Notes: generated from the letters alone by a model not told the origin. A stretch of 64,000 nucleotides of DNA from an uncultured cyanobacterium (GCA_963793265.1 CAWBZI010000004.1:640001-704000); one strand, 5' to 3'. Shown: positions 1 through 10,686, counted from the stretch's first letter. Numbers and translations: made by a program.

Positions 1-65
1 CTAACGCCATAGGTGAAGGGTTCATATAGCCAATCGCCAAACAATTTAAAACACGCATTAAAACA

Positions 66-1106
66 TTACACCGTCCAAGACTGGGTGCCATGGGGCGTAA
101 AGTGAAACCGAGTCACCTGGCCGCCTAATTCTTGAAGCGCTCTCCTGACGTTCATTTTATGTTCGGGATACACCATGAACATGATGAAGCCGCCACCGCC
201 TGCGCCTGAAACTTTGCCGGAGTAGGCACCTGCTTGCATCGCCGTCTTATAGGCTTTGTCAATTGTGGGGCTAGTGATGCCTTTAGCCACTCGTTTTTTG
301 GCCTCCCATCCCTTACCCAGTAGCTCAGCCATGAGCAAAGTATTGCCCTTCAAAATGGCCTCTTTCATATCCACAGCGCCCTGCTTAATGGCATGAGTGG
401 CTGCTAGCGCATCGTCTGAATGAGCCTTAATATTTTCAATTTGCTGATCAATCACAACGGCTGACTTGCGAGAAACGTCAGTGTAGTAGAGCACCAAAGA
501 ACTTTCTAGCTCATTGATCATCCAGTTCTTGATGCGCAGCGGGTTTACGATAACGCGCTCTTTGTCGTAAAACTCGATGAAGTTGAACCCGCCGAAAGTC
601 GCCGCGTAAGTATCCTGGCGACCGCCACTGAGGCCCGCATCTATTCGCTCAATTTCGTAGGCGAGTCGGGCAATTTCGTATTCGCCTAAAGGCAGCTTTA
701 GCCACTCTACGTAGGCGGCTACCATCGCCACAACTAGCGTAGACGATGAACCTAGCCCTGAGCCAGCAGGCGCATCTGAATGCGTTGTCATGCGCAAAGG
801 CAAAGGCTGATTGTCATTAAACTGGCTAACAATACGGTTATAGACAGCTTTGTGTAAGTCGATAACGCCGTTGAATTCCAGTCGAGGTAGAGCCTCAGAT
901 TCGTAGTGCTCCTGCCGGTCAGCAGCGGTGAAGATAACTTTGTTGGCATCTGGAGCGTCAGATTCTAACGGTTCGATAGTGCAGTAGGCGTGCATGTCGA
1001 TGGTGGCGTTGAGCACATAGCCGCCATGAAGATCGCAGTAGGGAGAGACATCGGAGCCGCCGCCAGCAATACCGAGTCTGAGAGGCGCGCGTGAACGAAT
1101 GAGCAT
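66..1106 (-). CDS. hddA: D-glycero-alpha-D-manno-heptose-7-phosphate kinase (GHMP kinase family)
   Basis: N-terminal [18 protein letters not shown] motif [15 protein letters not shown] and [11 protein letters not shown]; adjacent to gmhA/gmhB/hddC homologues. Confidence 0.9.
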   Translation of the reverse strand: MLIRSRAPLRLGIAGGGSDVSPYCDLHGGYVLNATIDMHAYCTIEPLESDAPDANKVIFTAADRQEHYESEALPRLEFNGVIDLHKAVYNRIVSQFNDNQPLPLRMTTHSDAPAGSGLGSSSTLVVAMVAAYVEWLKLPLGEYEIARLAYEIERIDAGLSGGRQDTYAATFGGFNFIEFYDKERVIVNPLRIKNWMINELESSLVLYYTDVSRKSAVVIDQQIENIKAHSDDALAATHAIKQGAVDMKEAILKGNTLLMAELLGKGWEAKKRVAKGITSPTIDKAYKTAMQAGAYSGKVSGAGGGGFIMFMVYPEHKMNVRRALQELGGQVTRFHFTPHGTQSWTV

Positions 1107-1108
1107 AT

Positions 1109-2473
1109 TTAATTAAGTCCGGTGGTCGAAGAAGAAAGTAGGGTAGGCAAATCAGCAATAGAATCTAGAACTAATGAAGCACGAGTAGCCGCTTCATTAA
1201 TAGCGTGACCTGAGCGCACTAGCACAGTGGTGCCGACGCCTGCCGCGCAGCCTGCTTGAATGTCGCTTTCTTTATCGCCCGCTAAAACTGATCGGGCCAA
1301 ATTAATTTGCCAGTCTTTCTCGGCGCGATACAACATGCCTGGGTTCGGCTTGCGATCGGGATGGTCGCGGTGGTAGGGGCCAATGCCATCAGTGGGATGG
1401 TAGGGCGAAAAATAGGTTTGGGTAAGGTGCACGCCTTCGGCTTTGAACTGGCTGTGCATCCAGCTATCGAGCTTTTGAAAGTCAGCTTCGGTGTAGTAGC
1501 CGCGACCGATGCCTGCTTGATTGGTAATCACAATTAGAGCATAGCCGCGCTGCTGAAAAAAACGGCAGGTTTGGAAGGTACCAGGAATAAACTTGAAGTC
1601 TTCAATGCGGTGGAGATAGTGCGTTTCGTAGTTGATCACACCGTCTCTATCTAAGAACAAAGCGGGTTTAATTGATGAAAGGCACAGGCAGGTTAGGCAC
1701 GAGGCAGTTGCTAGCTCTGTTTGGGCTCGGTTGTAGTCTTCAGGAATGCCAATATCGATGAAATAGCCCTCAGAGATGAAGCCGTGAATGTTTAGCTGGT
1801 GCAGGTAAACTTCTAAAAAGTCGGTTTCAAAGGAGAATCGGTGGGGCATGGGCTTTTTGAGCCCGTCGAAGATCGTTTGATTCAGCAGGTAGACGCCGCC
1901 GTTGATCAAGCCTTCTGACTGGTGCTGCTTTTCTTTGAAGCCAATAACACGAGCCTTTTGCGGATCTAAATTTTCTATGCTAGCCGGATCTTGATCTGTG
2001 TCTAAGCAACCCGTATCCAGACAGACAGTGCCGTAGCGGCTGAAGTTATGCATGGGCTTGAGCGCTAGGGTTAGATCAGCCTGGCGCTGCCGGTGCCTAG
2101 CAACCATTGCTTCGATATCAACCTCGAAAAGGGTGTCGCCATTGACCACTAAAACTTCGCGTGATCGCGTATGAGCCAGTGCGTTATAAATAGCGCCGCC
2201 TGTCCCTAAAGGCTCTTTTTCAACCGCGTAGATAATTCTGCGATTGTAGGCGCACGTACCGAAGTAATCCTGCACAATTTCGCGTTTGTAGCCGACCGCG
2301 AGTACGACGCGCTCAATCACAGAGTGGCGCAATAGTTTTTCTAATAAAATATCTAAAAAAGGTACGCCGCCCACGGGAGCCATGGGTTTGGGCATATCTG
2401 TAATGAGCGATCGCAATCGGGTTCCTAAGCCACCGACTAAAACAATAGCGTCCATTTCTATAAAATTATCCAA
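1109..2473 (-). CDS. Fusion of heptose-1-phosphate guanylyltransferase (HddC-like) and D,D-heptose-1,7-bisphosphate phosphatase (GmhB, HAD-IIIA)
   Basis: N-half [34 protein letters not shown]-half [34 protein letters not shown]. Confidence 0.88.
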   Translation of the reverse strand: MDNFIEMDAIVLVGGLGTRLRSLITDMPKPMAPVGGVPFLDILLEKLLRHSVIERVVLAVGYKREIVQDYFGTCAYNRRIIYAVEKEPLGTGGAIYNALAHTRSREVLVVNGDTLFEVDIEAMVARHRQRQADLTLALKPMHNFSRYGTVCLDTGCLDTDQDPASIENLDPQKARVIGFKEKQHQSEGLINGGVYLLNQTIFDGLKKPMPHRFSFETDFLEVYLHQLNIHGFISEGYFIDIGIPEDYNRAQTELATASCLTCLCLSSIKPALFLDRDGVINYETHYLHRIEDFKFIPGTFQTCRFFQQRGYALIVITNQAGIGRGYYTEADFQKLDSWMHSQFKAEGVHLTQTYFSPYHPTDGIGPYHRDHPDRKPNPGMLYRAEKDWQINLARSVLAGDKESDIQAGCAAGVGTTVLVRSGHAINEAATRASLVLDSIADLPTLLSSSTTGLN

Positions 2474-2535
2474 GCGTGACGGCGTTTAACTGTTGTGTTT
2501 TTTCTAAAAAGAGTTTGCGATAAGCAGTACTTCGA

Positions 2536-3192
2536 CTAGGCGCTAAGCAGAACCGGACTGCTGTAAGCGGGCTGCGTCTCTTGGTCGGCACTCTTATCGG
2601 TATTCTGGCCAAAAAGAATCTCTTCGACGACAGCGCACAGCATATGAACAATCAAAATATGACATTCCTGAACGCGAGGCGTGCTTTTAGACGGAATTTG
2701 AATGCAAACGTCGCAGGCTTGTGCCATTGTGCCGCCTGCAAGCCCGGTTAGTCCGATGGTTTCCATGCCCTGCTGCTGACACTCATCGATCGCCATCAAA
2801 ATGTTTTTTGAATTGCCCGAGGTAGATATGCCTACAAATAAATCGCCGGGCACACCATACGCCTGCGCCTGGCGGCTAAAGACTTTTTCGTAGCCATAGT
2901 CATTGGCGATCGCGGTAATAGCAGAGGAGTTTGCCGTCAGTGCGATCGCTGGAATACCGGGCCTATCAAAGTTAAATCGCCCTGAGAGTTCGGCGGCCAT
3001 ATGTTGAGCATCAGCGGCACTGCCACCGTTGCCTGCAATTAAAATTTTGTTGCCACGCTGATAGACGGCGACGCATTTTTGAGCGGCTCGTTGAATAGCC
3101 GTCATCGCTTCAGGTGAGTCGGCAAGCGCTTGCTTAACCAAAACAGACTCTGCAACCTGTTCTTTTATTAATCGCTGAATAAAGTTTTTCAT
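2536..3192 (-). CDS. gmhA: Phosphoheptose (sedoheptulose-7-phosphate) isomerase
   Basis: GNGGSAADAQHMAAEL, TAIANDYGYEKVFSRQ, GISTSGNS, PRVQECH. Confidence 0.93.
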   Translation of the reverse strand: MKNFIQRLIKEQVAESVLVKQALADSPEAMTAIQRAAQKCVAVYQRGNKILIAGNGGSAADAQHMAAELSGRFNFDRPGIPAIALTANSSAITAIANDYGYEKVFSRQAQAYGVPGDLFVGISTSGNSKNILMAIDECQQQGMETIGLTGLAGGTMAQACDVCIQIPSKSTPRVQECHILIVHMLCAVVEEILFGQNTDKSADQETQPAYSSPVLLSA

Positions 3193-3699
3193 GGGGGCGT
3201 AAACGTCCTTCTCTTTTGGGGGCTTGTGGGAGACTTCAAAGGGTGCGCTAACGACAGCCTTTGTACAGTAGGCACGGGGGTAGAACTGTACCTGTAAATA
3301 TTACTGACAGGATCTGAAGGTTCAACGACAGGCCATATAGAGTTTTAGTAGACTTTCATATGTAAGCATGAGGAATAGATAAAGCAAGTACCATAGGGGG
3401 TATTAAATTTCATCAATAGATCTATTGTACGGATGTAGTGTGTAAGAAACTACAGACAACCGTGAAACCACTGTAGTTTTGTATGTGCTAGCCCAAAAGA
3501 TTATGCATGGTGCCTCGTGGAAACTTCGTAAAAGTTGCTTTTGTCTTATTAAAAGGAATATGTGATAGCCCCTGTTATTCAGCTATTACCTTATCAGGCG
3601 ACATAGCTACGTACATTGATTATGCGAGCCTGCCTAACGTAGGCTTAATACGTAGGCTCAATAAATGTGTTGACTTAAGTTTTTAGAGGCAAGATCAGT

Positions 3700-4878
3700 A
3701 TGGCAGTGGGCTTAATCGGGCACTACCTGGGTGCAAAGATGGGCATCGGCGTTTTTGTAGATCGCCTGCTAGGGCCATTAATAGATGAACTTGCTAGGCA
3801 AGGGATAGACGCCAAGGTGATCTGCTCACCGAATGCTTTGCGACAAACGCCTGCGATTGAGGCGCTAAGGGTGCGATCGCCTCATCTGGTGAGCGTACTG
3901 CCCGCGCTAGACTACCCGCCTGTAAAGCGTTTTTTTTGGGTTGCGACCCAGTTTGCGAGCTATTGCCAGCAGGCCGGAATCGATCAGGTCGTTTGGCTGT
4001 CGAACCCGATGGTTTTGCCCTGGCATCCGCCTTCTATTGCGGTGCTACATGATGTAAATGAGTGGAAAGCAAAAGAAAAGTACGGTTCTTTTGTGAAGAC
4101 AACGCTGCGCTCATGGATGTATCTAGAAGCCTCGATACTGTGGGCTAGGAAAATTGTGTGCGTTAGCGATGCCACCACAAGCGACCTGTGTCATTTTCGC
4201 CCGCAGCCTCGCGTACGCAAAAAGGTAAGAACAATTCCTAACGGGTTAGATTCTCCTCTCGCTGGACTTACGCCAACTAAAGTAAACGTGCCGTCAGCGC
4301 CATTTTTATTGTCGGTAGGCCGAATTGATCCAGCCGGGAAACGCCTGCCAGAAGCGGTTGCGTTAGTAGAATCGCTGCGTCAAATCAGCGGGGTACCCTG
4401 GGAGCTACATTTGACTGGCGGCATGAACAAATCCACGCAGCAGGCCGGAGAAGCGTTTATTCGCACTGTTGAACCCATGCCTTGGGTTCATTATCACGGC
4501 TACACCGACGATCCAACGCTGGCAGCTTGGTATAGTCATGCGACCGCAGTTGTTTTCTTATCAGATAATGAAGGATTTGGAAGCCCGGTAGCAGAGGCGG
4601 CTTCGTTTGGACGGCGGGTAATTGTGAGCGCTAATAACCAGGCGACTTTGGGCGCGGGCGGCGATGCGGTGATTCCGGTAGCGCCTGAAGATGCAAAAGG
4701 AGCAGCGATCGCGGTGCTTGAGCAGTTAGGCGCGCGCCGCAAGAGTGAAGCTGGAGCAAATGGCATCAGCGACAGTGAAACGGGTGGTGCGATCGCGATC
4801 GCACCGTCGAAATTATATACCTACGCCGATGCTGCGGTAAGCTACGCAGATGAAATTCAGCACCTTGTAAAGCGCTAA
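3700..4878 (+). CDS. GT4 (group 1, GT-B fold) glycosyltransferase
   Basis: LSVGRID..K and EGFGSPVAEA (E-x7-E) motifs. Confidence 0.85.
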   Translation: MAVGLIGHYLGAKMGIGVFVDRLLGPLIDELARQGIDAKVICSPNALRQTPAIEALRVRSPHLVSVLPALDYPPVKRFFWVATQFASYCQQAGIDQVVWLSNPMVLPWHPPSIAVLHDVNEWKAKEKYGSFVKTTLRSWMYLEASILWARKIVCVSDATTSDLCHFRPQPRVRKKVRTIPNGLDSPLAGLTPTKVNVPSAPFLLSVGRIDPAGKRLPEAVALVESLRQISGVPWELHLTGGMNKSTQQAGEAFIRTVEPMPWVHYHGYTDDPTLAAWYSHATAVVFLSDNEGFGSPVAEAASFGRRVIVSANNQATLGAGGDAVIPVAPEDAKGAAIAVLEQLGARRKSEAGANGISDSETGGAIAIAPSKLYTYADAAVSYADEIQHLVKR

Positions 4879-4926
4879 GACCAGTATAATTAAGCACACA
4901 ATACGCTCGAACCGCAGGTTGATTTT

Positions 4927-5451
4927 ATGATCCTGAAATCTCTGAAGTTTCCGCTTTTTCTGCTGACAGTAAGTGCGCTGTCGGGGCTAGGCCAGAGCGC
5001 TCAGGCTCAAAATGTTCAGGCTCAAAGCGTTCAGCTTTGCCAGGACGACGACTTTCCGAGTCGGGCCGGAGAATTTCCTAAGGCGTACGTACAGATTCAA
5101 ACGTCAGGCGATCCGCTGCGGGTTCGAGCTTCTCCGGCAGGGCAGCAAATTGGGCTGATTCCGAATGGTTGGAATGTGAGAGTGCTGGAATGGTCACGCA
5201 ACGGATACTGGGTGAAGGTGACTAGCCAGTACGGCAGTTGGGACAATCGCATGGGGTTTGGCAATGCGCCAGATTTTGCTGAGGGCTGGGTATCGGCGGG
5301 CTACGTGAGAGATATGGGCCGCTCTTGCCAGAAGCCGGGGGCTACCGCGCAGCTATTGCGGCCAGCGGTGTTTGGCTTGCGGCCGGTTGAGGTGCAGAGT
5401 GACTGGCTATTGATGGGGGATATGTTGGCGGCGCGGGTAGCTGGTGGTTAG
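4927..5451 (+). CDS. Secreted protein with bacterial SH3 (SH3b-like) domain
   Basis: Signal peptide ending AQA; PLRVRASP...WVKV...EGWVSAGYV pattern. Confidence 0.7.
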   Translation: MILKSLKFPLFLLTVSALSGLGQSAQAQNVQAQSVQLCQDDDFPSRAGEFPKAYVQIQTSGDPLRVRASPAGQQIGLIPNGWNVRVLEWSRNGYWVKVTSQYGSWDNRMGFGNAPDFAEGWVSAGYVRDMGRSCQKPGATAQLLRPAVFGLRPVEVQSDWLLMGDMLAARVAGG

Positions 5452-7717
5452 CGATGACAGTTTTCGCGTTAAGGATGTTTTAGCGGCGGCGGCGATCGCA
5501 CCGGGTAATCAAGCGCGATTTTATCGGGCCGGGTTGATTGACGATGAGGGTAAGCTCGTCGAAGACTGGCAGGTGGCTCTTTCTCGACTGTGCCCGTTGA
5601 CTAAAGCTGAGGTGCGATCACGTCCTGGTGATTTTCTAGCGCAGGCGAATGATGTTGTTTATCGCGGTACGACTAGCGGCACGACCTCGACTTCTTTTAC
5701 GTATTTTGCGGGCGATCTCTGGAATCAAAAGCGACTTGAGGCGCGACAGCGAAGTTTGGCCTGGTGGAATTTGGATGAACAAACCCCTGTTTTAAATTTG
5801 GCGAGTCGGCTGGGGCCGGTGCGAACTCAGGACAGCAGTTTAGTAGGCCAGATAGACAGCGCTTTTATAGACACTTTGTTGCAGATTGTTCGCGTCGGGC
5901 CAGTGATTTTGAGGGGCTATCCTAGTCGGCTATGTAAAGTGGTGGTGGCGCTTCATCGGCATCAGGTTTTTATCAATACAGAGTCAGTTGTGGCCGTGAT
6001 TGCGACTGGTGAGTGCTTGTTTGCGTTTCAAAGTGCGCTGTTGAGTAAGACGTTTGATGCGCCTGTGGTTAATGAGTATGGCGCGCAGGAGTCGGGGATA
6101 TCGGGGCTGAGCTGCCCGGAGGCGGGGCGGCTGCATTTGGATAGCGATCGCTGTTTGTATGAAATCGTAGACGGACAGCTATTAACAACAGATTTGTACA
6201 ATACAACAATGCCGATGGTGCGATACAGCGGTGGCGATGTGTTGGAAATTTGCGTAGAGCCCTGTACTTGTGGGCGGGCGGGGCTGACAGCGCGGGTGCT
6301 AGGACGGGAGAATGAGGCAATCTTGTTACGAGATAGACAGGTTTGGCCAGGAGAGATTGAACTACCGCCTGTTTCAAAGGTGTTGAGCTATCAAATTCAG
6401 TTGCAAGCTAATAAGCGCCAGGTGTGGGTGCAGCCTGAAACTGGCTTCGATCCCAGTGATTTAGTACCAGTCAGGCTTTGGCTAGAACAGACTTTCGGCG
6501 CGGGTAACACGGAAGTTCTGATAGACTCTCCCTTTATTGACAGCAGTTTTGACGTAGATACACGAGATCTATCGGCTAATAGCTCTCAAGATTGGGTTGA
6601 GCAGGTGAGCGCGCAAAGCTGGTCGATTTGGCTACAGCAGCCTTTGCCTTTAGGAAGGGCTGAAGATATTGCGATACTGCTGAAGCAGATGGTAATGCCT
6701 TGTCATATTGCGGCTGTGGATTTGGAGCGATCGCTCACGCTTACCAATTCTCTAATAAAAAGCGAAGCCGACCCAGATAACACTCTCGAATTCATGAAGA
6801 TTCGGGTATTGCTATGGGCCGTGAGTTCAGCGGCTAGTCACGGCGATGCAGCAGATATTTACCACTCACTTTTGAAGAGATTTGATCAATGGGCTCAGCG
6901 CCAAAAGCGAGCGGAAATTGAGGGTTTTTCGGCATTGGGATTTGATTTACTAGCGCCGTTACTTGTACTAGATACATCAACTGCCCTGCGCTTTTGGCCT
7001 GCGGTGATAGACCAAATTTGGCGCTTCTGGCCTGCCGGGCTGAAGGCAGATACGTTTACAGTGCACCATTATCTAGCGGTTTTAGAGCAGGCCGGGCAAG
7101 TGGCTCAGCGCCAGTCTCATCCTTGGACAGGTGCTTTAAGACCGTTGAGCGCAGTTTTACTAGGAGACTTCCATCAATTTGCCGCCGTGCTGACTATTGA
7201 TACCGTGACTGCTTGGGCCGGTATGGTTCATGTTTGTCCTGAACTGTTTTGTCAGACGATAGATACCACTGATTTTTTCGCCATTTGGCAGGCACAGCGA
7301 AGGGCGCTTTTGGTAAAAGACAGCGCTGCTGTGAGGCGTCAGTTAGATCTGTTGTTTGAGGCGGCTGATTCTCCTGAGCAAATTGCCCGATGCTGGTTAG
7401 AGAAAGGCTATGCGGCGTTGGTTTTTGAGGCGACTTTAGACTCAACAATATGGGCCGAGGTGTTAAGGGAGCATGTTGGTAGCCTGGGGCATCAGAAGTC
7501 GGGTCAGTATGCGGCGAATCCTTTGCCCTGGGTGCCGATTTTGAAAGCGTTAGCGCCAAAGATGATTGCGGCAAATCAGCCTGATATTGCCTATTCTTAT
7601 TTGCTTACAGCAGCGCCGCCGAATCGCTTAGCCTCTATTTTTGACCGGCAAAGTCAGGGCGTGAACGGTAAGCAGTCTGTTATCAGCAGTGCTCGAATAG
7701 CGGACGAGCGACTATGA
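5444..7717 (+). CDS. PaaK/CapK-like adenylate-forming ligase with a long C-terminal extension of unknown function
   Basis: TTSGTT P-loop, GYPS, NEYGAQE, TDLYNTTMPMVRYSGGD and GR motifs in the N-terminal half; GTG start overlaps the upstream stop. Confidence 0.75.
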   Translation: MVSDDSFRVKDVLAAAAIAPGNQARFYRAGLIDDEGKLVEDWQVALSRLCPLTKAEVRSRPGDFLAQANDVVYRGTTSGTTSTSFTYFAGDLWNQKRLEARQRSLAWWNLDEQTPVLNLASRLGPVRTQDSSLVGQIDSAFIDTLLQIVRVGPVILRGYPSRLCKVVVALHRHQVFINTESVVAVIATGECLFAFQSALLSKTFDAPVVNEYGAQESGISGLSCPEAGRLHLDSDRCLYEIVDGQLLTTDLYNTTMPMVRYSGGDVLEICVEPCTCGRAGLTARVLGRENEAILLRDRQVWPGEIELPPVSKVLSYQIQLQANKRQVWVQPETGFDPSDLVPVRLWLEQTFGAGNTEVLIDSPFIDSSFDVDTRDLSANSSQDWVEQVSAQSWSIWLQQPLPLGRAEDIAILLKQMVMPCHIAAVDLERSLTLTNSLIKSEADPDNTLEFMKIRVLLWAVSSAASHGDAADIYHSLLKRFDQWAQRQKRAEIEGFSALGFDLLAPLLVLDTSTALRFWPAVIDQIWRFWPAGLKADTFTVHHYLAVLEQAGQVAQRQSHPWTGALRPLSAVLLGDFHQFAAVLTIDTVTAWAGMVHVCPELFCQTIDTTDFFAIWQAQRRALLVKDSAAVRRQLDLLFEAADSPEQIARCWLEKGYAALVFEATLDSTIWAEVLREHVGSLGHQKSGQYAANPLPWVPILKALAPKMIAANQPDIAYSYLLTAAPPNRLASIFDRQSQGVNGKQSVISSARIADERL

Positions 7718-8811
7718 GCGAAGCTGTCACTATAACGGTAACACCGCCTGATTTAGCCTTACCTACTGGTACTGCTACGGTGCTTTGCGAAGCGATTACA
7801 GGCTGGCAAATTATAGATGAGCGAGGCAAAGTGCTTACGCTTAGTGACTTGACGGTTTTGATAGGCGATGATCATGATCTGCAGAATCCTTTGAGAGTGG
7901 CGATCGCACTTGAAGAAGCAGGCTTTTGCATTCGCTGGCAAAGTAGCGTTGCTGATAAAGTGCTTGAGCGAAAGAATAAGACCTCTTGCCGCACTGTTTA
8001 TTGTTGGCCAAAAGATCCTACAGTGCTCGCTTTGGTGCCTCATTGGCGGTGCGATCACTGGCTACACCGATGCTTAACGTCACTAATCCAACAAACTCAT
8101 CCGCTCACTCATATCGTTGTCATTGATGACGGCTCGGTATCACCGCCTTTAGAAATTGTGCAAGAATTTCCAAACGTAACGCTGCTGGCTGCGCCTGAGC
8201 GCGTAGGGCCGTATCGGTTAATTCAATCTGCTATTGAAATGACTGACTATACCGCGTACTTGTTTCAGGATGCTGATGACTGGTCAAGCTGCGATCGCCT
8301 AGAGACACTTCTGAAAACAGCTCGAACTAACAGCGCTGAACTGGTAGGTAGTCAAGAAATTCGGGTGATAGAGCCTGCGCTGAGACTGCAATCGGTGGGC
8401 TATCCGTTAGATACGAATGAGGCTTTGAGGCGATCGCCTGGCCACGCGCTGCTACACCCTACAAGCCTGGTTACTCGCAGCTTAGTACAGCGATTGGGTG
8501 GATTTGCAACTGGCCTGATGTTTGGTGGAGACACTGAGTTTTTATTACGGGCACACTGGATCGCTAGGGTTGTGAACAGTTCGCGCTATGGCTACTTTCG
8601 ACGCAAACGGCCTGATTCGTTGACGACTGCTGTAGCCACCGGGCTAGGATCGGTGGCCAGAGAGGCGTTGACCTGTGAAATGAAGCGTGTGGAGGGCGAT
8701 CGCAGACGGGCCTTTTTACAGCAGCAACCGCTGAATTTAAAGCCGTTAAAGCTAGCACCGCCGATAGCGCTCACTCATCTATGGGGGCCGTCGCTGCTAT
8801 GGTCGAAATAG
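7714..8811 (+). CDS. GT2-family glycosyltransferase with N-terminal extension
   Basis: IVVIDDGS, FQDADD (DxD) and GGD motifs; ATGA overlap with the upstream gene. Confidence 0.85.
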   Translation: MSEAVTITVTPPDLALPTGTATVLCEAITGWQIIDERGKVLTLSDLTVLIGDDHDLQNPLRVAIALEEAGFCIRWQSSVADKVLERKNKTSCRTVYCWPKDPTVLALVPHWRCDHWLHRCLTSLIQQTHPLTHIVVIDDGSVSPPLEIVQEFPNVTLLAAPERVGPYRLIQSAIEMTDYTAYLFQDADDWSSCDRLETLLKTARTNSAELVGSQEIRVIEPALRLQSVGYPLDTNEALRRSPGHALLHPTSLVTRSLVQRLGGFATGLMFGGDTEFLLRAHWIARVVNSSRYGYFRRKRPDSLTTAVATGLGSVAREALTCEMKRVEGDRRRAFLQQQPLNLKPLKLAPPIALTHLWGPSLLWSK

Positions 8812-9596
8812 CGGTAGACATCGTTATTCCCGTGAAAGATCGCGCGACGGTGCTCCGCTGCATTAGCACTTTGTTGTTGCAGATGAAGTTAGTAGAAGCG
8901 TTTAACATCGGTAGAATTTTGCTGTGTGAAGGCGGTTCGAGTGAGCAAGACTGCCTAGAACAGATACATGCGGTGGCTAAGATGCCGCACGTAGAGGTTG
9001 TGAACTGTCGCCACGTAGGATTTAACAAAGGCTGGCTGCTTAATCAAGGCATTCGGTTAGCCACTGCGCAGATTGTGCTAATTTCGGATGTTGATATTTT
9101 GTGGAATGCCGTTGCGCTGAGTGAGCTTTGTCGGGCTGCGTATTTCTCAGAATGCTTTTACCACGTTCAACACGTCGAAGAATCTGAAGCGGATACGGCG
9201 GCTGTGAAGCGATCGCGCTACGCCTACAAAATTCTACAAACCGCTTCGACGCCAACCGTTGAAATATACGACGCTCCTATAAACCGCACCTACCGACCCG
9301 GCTGCGGCCTGATATGTGTACGAAGAAGCCTGCTGCAGCAAGTGGGCGGCTACCGGCACTGCTTTCGAGGGTGGGGATGGGAAGATCAAGATCTCCTCAT
9401 ACGCGCACAGATTTTAGGCCACGCGGTTGAGGCGTTAGGCCGCGTAATGCATCTCTCTCATAGTGATACAGCGCGTAATCAGTTTGACGGGCAGCGCGCA
9501 CCACAGGAAAGTCGCGATCGCAATATTTCTCTTTGCTTGGATGAACTAGCAGCGGGTAGGCTGTTAGGTGATTTGGGCACTAACCACCAGACTTAG
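8799..9596 (+). CDS. GT-A glycosyltransferase (GT2 with GT7-like C-terminus)
   Basis: IVIPVKDR, FNKGWLLNQG, SDVD, GWGWED; ATG at 8799 preferred over 8781. Confidence 0.82.
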   Translation: MVEIAVDIVIPVKDRATVLRCISTLLLQMKLVEAFNIGRILLCEGGSSEQDCLEQIHAVAKMPHVEVVNCRHVGFNKGWLLNQGIRLATAQIVLISDVDILWNAVALSELCRAAYFSECFYHVQHVEESEADTAAVKRSRYAYKILQTASTPTVEIYDAPINRTYRPGCGLICVRRSLLQQVGGYRHCFRGWGWEDQDLLIRAQILGHAVEALGRVMHLSHSDTARNQFDGQRAPQESRDRNISLCLDELAAGRLLGDLGTNHQT

Positions 9597-9599
9597 ACC

Positions 9600-10334
9600 A
9601 TGCGGCTTACTCTGATTACTCCGTATCGCGATCGCCTCAAGCATCTCACCAATCAGATCGCCTGGTGGCAAACCTTCCCATTCAAGCAATCTGTCGAATG
9701 GATAGTAATAGAAGTTACTGCAAAGCCTACTACCGGACTCGAACAACAACTTTTACAGCATCAAGTTCGATATTTACATGTTCCAAGTGAAGGGCCATTT
9801 CACAAAACAAAGGCTCTGAATTTAGGGTTAGCGCAGGCAAACAGCCCACTGGTCGCCGCTTTTGATGTGGATTTAATTCCGATAGGGCGCACGTTAATAC
9901 GTCATTATGAACTAGCTGAACAGTCACCGCATTTGTTGGTAACTGGCTATCGGCTGATGGCGCAGACGGAGACGGTGGATTTGAGTGAAAGGGGATTGGC
10001 GCGATCGCTTGAGCACTCAACATTAGGCCCAGAAGATCAGCCCTCGGCGCTACGAAAGCATTTGCTGAGCAAAGAGCGGTTTGGTGTGATGCCTTTGTTT
10101 TGGCGCGATCGCCTGCTGGCCATAGGCGGATGGGATGAAGCTTATGTAGGCTGGGGCGCAGAAGACCAGGACTTAATGGAACGCTATTTGGACGCAGAGA
10201 TGTCTCTTTGCAGATTTCCTGATCTGATCTACATGCATTTGCATCACGGGTCTGCTGCCGGTTGGAATGAAGCAGCGTTAGTAGAGAAGAATAGAGCCTA
10301 TTACTACAGCGTTAAGCAGCAGCGAGATTTGTAG
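9600..10334 (+). CDS. GT-A glycosyltransferase (GT2 with GT7-like C-terminus)
   Basis: ITPYRDR, FHKTKALNLG, FDVD, GGWDEAYVGWGAEDQD. Confidence 0.82.
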   Translation: MRLTLITPYRDRLKHLTNQIAWWQTFPFKQSVEWIVIEVTAKPTTGLEQQLLQHQVRYLHVPSEGPFHKTKALNLGLAQANSPLVAAFDVDLIPIGRTLIRHYELAEQSPHLLVTGYRLMAQTETVDLSERGLARSLEHSTLGPEDQPSALRKHLLSKERFGVMPLFWRDRLLAIGGWDEAYVGWGAEDQDLMERYLDAEMSLCRFPDLIYMHLHHGSAAGWNEAALVEKNRAYYYSVKQQRDL

Positions 10335-10359
10335 TTTCTGTCATCTTGACGAAAGGTGA

Positions 10360-10686
10360 TTATTCGGGAAAGGTGAAGCTTCCGTTTGCTGTCGGCTCAA
10401 ACGCCCAAACCTGAACAACCGCGTCCAGGTTTAGCACGCCGTATAGATGGGGAAATGTGCCGTGTTCTGCCACCTCGTCATAGCGAAGGTCGCTTTGAAG
10501 CCGATTAGGTTCGATGCCGAGTAGCACCAAACCCAATTGCCCCTTATAAAATCGATTAGCCGTTTCTACAACCTGTTCTTTCTTAGACAGATGAATGAAT
10601 CCCTCGGTGGCTAAAGAAGGGGCCTGATAGCTGCCTTTTTCCTTTGCGGCTTGCCAGGAAGATCGCTCGGTGATGTGAAACAGCAT
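10360..10686 (-). CDS. DUF952 family protein
   Basis: SLATEGFIHLS and FPHLYGVLNLDAV signatures. Confidence 0.88.
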   Translation of the reverse strand: MLFHITERSSWQAAKEKGSYQAPSLATEGFIHLSKKEQVVETANRFYKGQLGLVLLGIEPNRLQSDLRYDEVAEHGTFPHLYGVLNLDAVVQVWAFEPTANGSFTFPE

